Of a stretch of DNA of 5,006 nucleotides, positions 1 through 5,006 are shown piece after piece (within the stretch, counting starts at the first letter, position 1; each line of letters opens with the position of its first letter). A program made the position numbers and the translations under genes. Source of the DNA: Paraphysomonas bandaiensis (lineage: Eukaryota > Protista > Chrysophyceae); the NCBI GenBank assembly GCA_965644295.1, contig CBFFRP010000154.1, positions 1-5,006 of the forward strand, given 5' to 3'. Below the pieces are notes generated by a model, which was given only the letters and a program-made list of their open reading frames with translations, was not told the origin of the DNA and ran no database searches.

Positions 1-1435
1 GCGCAGGAGGGCATGTGGGTGTGGCTACGGGGCTGGTGGGATGTTGTGGGCGTGCATTAATGGGCGGGACGTCGCGCTGAACGCTGGGTTCACGCACTTG
101 AATGTGTGGTTCAAGGTTGAGTAGAGCGTTGTCAAGGTTGATGGCGAGGCCGGCAGGGTTGATGATGTAGAAGTGTGCGTTGTGCAGGACTATGTGAGGG
201 AGATTCAGAAGTATGGCTTCACGGAGTTCGTCTGACGTCCACGCAGGGCCGTACGCGTGGGGGTCGCTGGGTATGCCAACAATGCTGATTGATTCTCCAT
301 CAGTGGCCCATGTGGTTGTGGGGGTGAAGAATGTGGTGAGCCAGTGCATTTCGCGGACAGATAACCAGTGACGAATGTCGTCCGGGGTGGTGTATGTGTG
401 TTGATGCCTGCTGGTCATGGCTGTGAGAGCATGTTGTAGCTTGACGATGGTGGTTTGGTCACAGCTAGGGTGGAGGAGCACGTCTCGAAGTAGGTTGCTG
501 AGCCACTGTCCTGCGTAGGTCCTGTGCTCTGGTCGCCGGAAGTCGAGCTCCCAATAGGTGGCTGTAGGTCGTTTGCTGGTCATGAGCATGTGCAATCGAT
601 GGAGGGTTCCGTATGCACAGTATCCGTTGGCTGGGATATCGTGTGCTGTGTGGATGTTCTGCGCGGATACATGAAGCCTGAATATTCTGCCAGCGTTCTG
701 TATTGCTGTGCGGGGCGGTTGAGGCTGATCGGGATGTAGAGTTTGGGCTTCGATTTCCCTTAGTCCACGCGGAGTGATACTCAAGGTCACCATACCGTCG
801 GTGATATAGAGAGGGGTAGGGGATGATGTGGTGCATGGGGGTGGTGGTGAGGTGTATATGTCGATACAGCTGGTGTTGTGGTCCTGTGCAGCTGCATACG
901 CTGGTGTGTGTAGAGTGTCCATGTTGTTATGGGAGGGAGTGGTTGTGCCGTGGGGTTGGTATGATGTCGTGGTGTGTGATACTGGATGTGGACAAGTGAA
1001 GAGGTGGGATGATGTTTGGGCGGACTGAAGAAGCTGCAGCAGGGAGAGTCTAGCTGCACGAGAAGCATTGGTGCACTTACTGTCGACATCGGTAATCCTG
1101 AAATGAATGCGCTATACGCGACGTTGTGGACTGGTGTAGGGGGTGTCGAGTCGTTCCTGTCGACGTCTTGAGGAGGACCACGCTGAAGGTACAGCGGGTG
1201 TCCTGCTGAACTGGAATCGGAGTCGTAGTAGTTTAAGCATGAGTAGAGGAAGTCTTCGGTGTCCATGTAGTGTTTGGCGGGGGAGGGGGCTCTGGCCTGT
1301 AGGTTAGGGGCGGAGGGAATTCCTCATGCGGGTGAGTGTACCGCAGTGTTTGGATACCCCAGAGGATGCTGTAATGTATTCTTCCGTGAGCTTCTTGACA
1401 TCACCCAGTAGGCTACCGAGGTCTCCCTCCTGGAC
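1..1435 (-). mobile_element. Compositionally distinct block, C/A-rich on the coding strand; probable fragment of an unclassified transposon (non-LTR- or Helitron-like) or an endogenous viral sequence
   Basis: There is a sharp switch from GC-richer to AT-rich sequence at the (AT)n tract 1436-1446. Strand skew is strong (26 G versus 3 C on + in 961-1020). The block contains the OTU-like ORF and lies among other TE remnants. No RT, endonuclease or Rep domain is visible in the window, so the class is inferred. Confidence 0.4.
2..1111 (-). CDS. Partial ORF (no stop within the window) encoding a putative OTU-like cysteine protease domain flanked by Pro/Thr/Ser/His-rich linkers; probably part of a mobile-element or viral polyprotein
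   Basis: Manual translation shows no stop from 1111 to 2 (370 codons). The upstream in-frame TAG is at 1114-1112 and the first ATG is at 922-920 (307 codons to the window edge). Motifs: DIPANGYCAY (640-611, Cys codon 619-617), WLSVREM (367-347) and HIVLHNAHFY (196-167, His codon 175-173). These resemble the OTU pattern: (I/V)PxDGxCx(Y/F), then WxxxxE, then a hydrophobic strand followed by H(Y/F). Cys and His are 148 codons apart. The true start is uncertain. Confidence 0.6.
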
Positions 1436-1446
1436 ATATATATATA
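1436..1446. repeat. (AT)n microsatellite at the segment junction
   Basis: ATATATATATA lies exactly at the compositional boundary. Confidence 0.8.
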
Positions 1447-1496
1447 ATTTGACGTATTGACATTAAATTCTCTATATGCGGCTAAGCTGTGTTCTA

Positions 1497-2545
1497 TTAA
1501 TTTTCATCATCAGAAGCATAAACAACGATCTGAGGTATATTAAATTTTGCTCATTTTTATCTGGATGTTGAGTTAGCAAATTATGTAGAGCATACGTTTT
1601 TCTAACGTTAGCCCAAGTTTTTCTCATGTAGGGAGTTCATACCCTATCCATCGTACTAGAAATTTTAACTGACTTTTAGGACCATTTTAGCTCGACCTTT
1701 TATTTTTGAAATATGATCAATAGCGTAAAAGTTTCCACCATCTTTACATGCCACTCGTAAAGGAGCAACAGTAGAGGGATCGTAATTAAATCATAAGAAA
1801 TGATAGGAAATTCTTTTGTATAAGAATTAGGTGCAGTTGCATTGTGTATTTCATCATGTTTGCGAAGATTTCGCCTTGCAATATATCCATAATAGTAGAC
1901 TGAACCTTTTGCATTTCATCTATCCAACGTGATAGACTTTGTTCGCTTTTGTCCAAGTTTCCATTGTGTTCAATGAATAAACTTTTATCTAGATCAACTG
2001 CATTCCCAAATAGTATACTAGCGGGAGTTACACCAGTGCTTCTATGTTTAGAAGAATTCATAATTCTTTGCACTAAGATGGTAGATACAGTGACCAATTA
2101 TCAAGTACTGCTTTGTCGAAAATAATATTATTCCTAAGGTGCCTTAATATTTCTTTATTAGCACGTTCGACTATAGCATTTTCTTGTTTAGAATATGTCA
2201 TTAATTGAAAATGATTGATTACTTCCAACCATTTCTATTATTGATTTTATTAAATCACCCACAAAAGCTGATCTGAGTGAATCTCAAGAGGTGCTCCATA
2301 TCTGCCTAGAAATTGTAGCAATCCCTTTGCCGCCGCCGTGGCAGTGAGATCCTTAGTAGGGATTAATTCTATCCATCAAGAAAAGGAATCTATAATCACT
2401 AATATGTGACTGTAGCCATCCTCATCTGGTTGTAGACTTTGAATAAAATCCACTACTATTCTCTGCATCGGACCATCATATGTCGAGACTGTAAATACAA
2501 AAAGTATTGATATTGTTATGCATGCTATTAGTGTAACTTTTCTGT
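1497..2545 (-). mobile_element. Degenerate Ty3/gypsy (chromovirus-type) LTR retrotransposon, pol 3' end: integrase core plus chromodomain
   Basis: Translation across frameshifts gives FTVSTYDGPMQRIVVDFIQSLQPDEDGYSHILVIIDSFS*WIELIPTKDLTATAAAKGLLQFLGRYGAPLEIHSDQ..YSKQENAIVERANKEILRHLRN..LVQRIMNSSKHRSTGVTPASILFG. The DDE residues are at 2450-2448, 2273-2271 and 2168-2166. There is an in-frame TGA at 2378-2376 and several frameshifts. The probable natural stop is TAA at 1499-1497, after ...YASDDEN. Track ORF 1786..2097 is part of this element. Confidence 0.92.
1575..1730 (-). pseudogene. Chromodomain at the integrase C-terminus (disrupted)
   Basis: FYAIDHISKIKGRAK/GPKSQLKFLVRWIGYELPT*E/TWANVRKTYALHNLL matches the chromodomain pattern (F/Y)xVExI...(Y/F)LV(K/R)WxGY...TWE...N(L/V). 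The Trp of TWE is mutated to TGA (1626-1624), and there are two frameshifts in A-runs. Confidence 0.85.
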
Positions 2546-2981
2546 GCCCGCAGGTAACTCACAAGCCGTGACTCAACTGTGTATGATGGACCAAGAAAAG
2601 CTGATCTCTTGTCTAGACTCTACAACCCACCAAAATAGTATCCGCCAGCGGGCTGCGATACTGTCCAGGCGAAACGACGGGCGCACTACCAGAAACACTA
2701 ACAAACCGTATGAGCTCTTTAAGAAAAGTAAATTATAAAGTCAGCGACAAGAAATTGAGCAAACACCCATCTCTCGTTCAACGTAGGTCAACCCAGGTCA
2801 ACACTACACTACGATCGACACTTCACACTCGAAAATCAACAACATATTGGACATATTGCTTCCTTTGATTCTAGTCTGCTGTTGCATAGCTTTAGTAGAA
2901 CCCACTAGTAAATATAACCCTTTTGGAAACGGCATTTGTAAGAGGACTATAGCACAGTATTCATCACCATGATTGATATGA
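2546..2981 (+). other. Probable decayed integrase-RT linker region of the same copia element
   Basis: It lies directly upstream of the RT and is similarly A/C-rich on the + strand. No diagnostic motif was recognised, so the call is positional only. Confidence 0.4.
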
Positions 2982-3579
2982 AACCTGCTGCGTGACATTA
3001 GTAATTGCAATGACATTGACGAGCTAACCGATACACCAAACAGTGTTCAAGATGCTATTTCAGGTAAATATAAACAGCAGTGGATCGATGCTATCAACAA
3101 AGAAATATTCACTCTTCCGAGGAAAGGATGCTGGAGATACACTGCACTACCACCTGGATCAAGAGCCATAAAGGGGAAACTTATATTCAAAATCAAAAGA
3201 AAACAAAATGATATCAAATTCAAGGCTCGACTGGTCACCCAGGGTTTTACTCAAATCCAAGGCATCGATTATAATGATACATACAGCCCCGTCGCGAAGG
3301 CTACATCACTATAATACGTACAATTATTGCTCTTTCGACCATTATGAGACTCAAATTGCACCAAATCGATTTCACAACTGCGTACATCAATGCTGACCTC
3401 GAAGAGGACATATACATGCATCCCCCTCCTGGCATGGACGTCCCTGAAGGAAAAGTCCTCAAACTGATGAAAAGCATCACAATGGTCTAGAGCAAGCAGG
3501 TCTTAACTGGTATAAGTGCTGTACAAATTTTATGCTAGATATGGGTTTCACCAGACTAATATCTAACCCGTGTATATAA
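2982..3579 (+). mobile_element. Degenerate Ty1/copia LTR retrotransposon reverse transcriptase (RVT_2-type), N-terminal part
   Basis: Frame 2982-3314 reads DTPNSVQDAISGKYKQQWIDAINKEIFTLPRKGCWRYTALPPGSRAIKGKLIFKIKRKQNDIKFKARLVTQGFTQIQGIDYNDTYSPVAK. After a frameshift at ~3308 it reads IRTIIALSTIMRLKLHQIDFTTAYINADLEEDIYMHPPPG..VLKLMKSI. After a frameshift at ~3480 it reads NGLEQAGLNWY..GFTRLISNPCI* (TAA 3577-3579). These correspond to the copia motifs KARLVAxG, QxDxxTAFL and YGLKQA. The YVDD motif and RNase H are absent. Confidence 0.95.
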
Positions 3580-3591
3580 GTCGGTGTGATC

Positions 3592-3626
3592 ATGAAACCT
3601 GGTAAAGTGATTTCACCAGGTTTCAT
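3592..3626. repeat. Short hairpin with a 12-bp perfect inverted repeat
   Basis: ATGAAACCTGGT (3592-3603) is the reverse complement of ACCAGGTTTCAT (3615-3626). The inner AAA/TTT can pair around a GTGA loop with one bulged C. Confidence 0.85.
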
Positions 3627-3976
3627 ATATGCAAAAATGTTGTATATGTACTTATTTGAAGACTAGGGTGAATGATAATTAAAATTTAGTTGTTTGTATA
3701 TTTTCAATTATAATATATTTTAAAAATATTTTACTAAAATATTGTATTATATTGTTACTTTTCATATAAATCTACTGTATTACTACTTCTGAAAATCTCG
3801 CATCAACGTAACTATATATACACATACAACACATGATTAGGTACTATACTACTTTAAATATAATACCATAAATGAAACACAGTGTGGTTTCTAGCTACTT
3901 ACGGCAGGTTAAAGGTTACATGAAATGCCTTTGAAGCACGAAGCTTTCGTAGTAACAGTCCTTTCTTCTGCATCAT

Positions 3977-4515
3977 GACAGACAGACTGATACACACACG
4001 TACATCCAAATGCTGCAGAGCTGATACCATTCTCAGATGACACTCTTTCTACGTAGTTCAGAGCTGCAGGCTTATGACCACCTTCCAGAAAGGTCACATG
4101 ATGTATCTTTATGGCAGTGTTTGGTCACGAGGCTGTAGCACAGAGCCTCTACAGTGGATTGAGGAGAGTGGACTCGTGTGGAGAGGTCCAACAAGTACAA
4201 ACAGACAAAACAATATACCATCATTTGATTGTGCACGTTAGAACACTATGCAACGTCAGTGTCAGTGCATCTGCGATATAGTTGTGGAGAGGATATACTT
4301 ACATATCGTATCCTTGTCCCCTATGGAGGTTCAGCATCTCTCTCACATCCACTGTATGAGGCTCAGTGCTACAGCCTCGTGACCAAACACTGTCATGAAG
4401 ACCTTCCTGGAAAGCAGTTATAAGCCTGCAACTCTGAACCACATAGTAAGAAGTGTTATCTGAGACTGGTATCAGCTCTGCGGCATTCGGATGTATGTGT
4501 GTGTGTCTGTCTGTC
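3977..4515. repeat. Long diverged inverted repeat: arms ~3977-4168 and ~4338-4515, spacer ~170 bp (foldback/MITE-like)
   Basis: The arms align by eye along their whole length. A 27-bp perfect core, CAGTGTTTGGTCACGAGGCTGTAGCAC (4115-4141), pairs with 4366-4392. The outer ends GACAGACAGAC (3977-3987) and GTCTGTCTGTC (4505-4515) match. Differences are mostly transitions plus a ~11-nt indel near 4096-4107. Confidence 0.92.
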
Positions 4516-5006
4516 TGTGTGCTCAGGAGGTGTGATCCACACAACAATGAACACCTCATCCGATAAACCACACCTCCTGAGCACTCCTCACTGTCATCAA
4601 CAATGTCACCATATTAACATCAGAAGATACTGACTCAGAAGATCCATCCCTCTATATGTATGTGTATGTGTATGCGTGTGTCTGTCTGTGTGCTCAGGAG
4701 GTGTGATCCACACAACAATGAACACCTCATCCGATAAACCACACCTCCTGAGCACTCCTCACTGTCATCAACAATGTCACCATATTAACATCAGAAGATA
4801 CTGACTCAGAAGATCCATCCCTCTATATGTATGTGTATGTGTATGTGTGTGTCTGTCTGTGTGCTCAGGAGGTGTGATCCACACAACAATGAACACCTCA
4901 TCCGATAAACCACACCTCCTGAGCACTCCTCACTGTCATCAACAATGTCACCATATTAACATCAGAAGATACTGACTCAGAAGATCCATCCCTCTATATG
5001 TATGTG
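4490..5006. repeat. Tandem array with a 171-bp monomer, about 3 copies in the window, continuing past the right edge
   Basis: GCTCAGGAGG starts at 4521, 4692 and 4863, giving a period of exactly 171. From 4519 onward the only difference I see between copies is C4675 versus T4846. Monomers are joined through a (GTAT/GT/GTCT)n microsatellite-like tract. Confidence 0.97.
4519..4584. repeat. Perfect 16-bp inverted repeat with a 34-nt spacer in each 171-bp monomer (also at 4690-4755 and 4861-4926)
   Basis: GTGCTCAGGAGGTGTG (4519-4534) is the reverse complement of CACACCTCCTGAGCAC (4569-4584). Confidence 0.95.

Noticed and set aside
465-836. Track ORF of 123 aa on the minus strand, and plus-strand ORFs 524..739 and 828..1028
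   Set aside because: These are off-frame or antisense shadows of the longer OTU-like frame. They have no motifs and are explained by the strand skew.
787-1266. Track ORF of 159 aa as an independent gene
   Set aside because: Its C-terminal part overlaps the OTU-like ORF out of frame and is low-complexity. The N-terminal part may be a frameshifted upstream piece of the same polyprotein, but I cannot resolve this.
1304-1310. TTAGGGG telomere-like motif
   Set aside because: It is a single copy in G-rich sequence and is expected by chance.
1425-1446. TG-starting LTR or Helitron 5' end at the junction (minus strand TGTCCAGG)
   Set aside because: There is no polypurine tract upstream and no second LTR. 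It does not fit the A|TC Helitron start, and the sequence reads as coding-like up to the junction.
2804-3396. Track ORFs 2804..3016(-), 3047..3238(-) and 3208..3396(+)
   Set aside because: They are antisense or off-frame to the copia RT region, which explains the sequence better.
3627-3900. AT-rich stretch with small palindromes (e.g. AATATTTT-ACT-AAAATATT near 3725-3743) as a promoter or origin
   Set aside because: It is low-complexity sequence where such dyads are expected by chance, and there is no associated gene.
3909-4571. Track ORFs 3909..4097(-), 4229..4423(+) and 4299..4571(-)
   Set aside because: They are short, lack recognisable domains, and lie within the inverted repeat, whose arms differ by indels.
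4490-5006. CRISPR array
   Set aside because: The sequences between the palindromic parts are identical rather than unique spacers. The period is 171 bp, no cas genes are present, and the context is eukaryotic TEs.
4490-5006. Hammerhead-ribozyme retrozyme array (monomer size would fit)
   Set aside because: There is no GAAA on either strand of the monomer and no proper CUGANGA core; the nearest is TTGATGA on the minus strand. An Infernal/Rfam scan would be needed to exclude other ribozyme classes.
4519-5006. 57-codon protein repeat, or repeated exons split by a GTATGT...CTCAG mini-intron (4658-4697)
   Set aside because: All six frames of the monomer contain stops. Removing the candidate intron leaves a 131-nt exon that is not a multiple of three and still has stops.

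Overview
Eukaryotic-looking, repeat-dense window with no intact host gene. It is a patchwork of five segments. (1) 1-1435: a GC-richer block with strong strand skew. It carries a minus-strand reading frame that is open for 370 codons, runs off the left edge and is absent from the supplied ORF track. The frame has OTU-like cysteine protease motifs (DIPANGYCAY...WLSVREM...HIVLHNAHFY). (2) ~1497-2545: a decayed minus-strand Ty3/gypsy pol 3' end, with a DDE integrase and a C-terminal chromodomain (chromovirus-type). (3) ~2982-3579: a decayed plus-strand Ty1/copia reverse transcriptase, cut off before the YxDD motif next to a 12-bp hairpin. (4) 3977-4515: a diverged inverted repeat with ~180-190 bp arms. 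(5) ~4490-5006: a nearly homogeneous 171-bp tandem array whose monomer contains a perfect 16-bp inverted repeat; it continues off the right edge. Several substitutions point to CpG deamination. All translations and alignments were done by eye and no database searches were run. Most ORFs in the supplied track are off-frame or antisense shadows of these elements.
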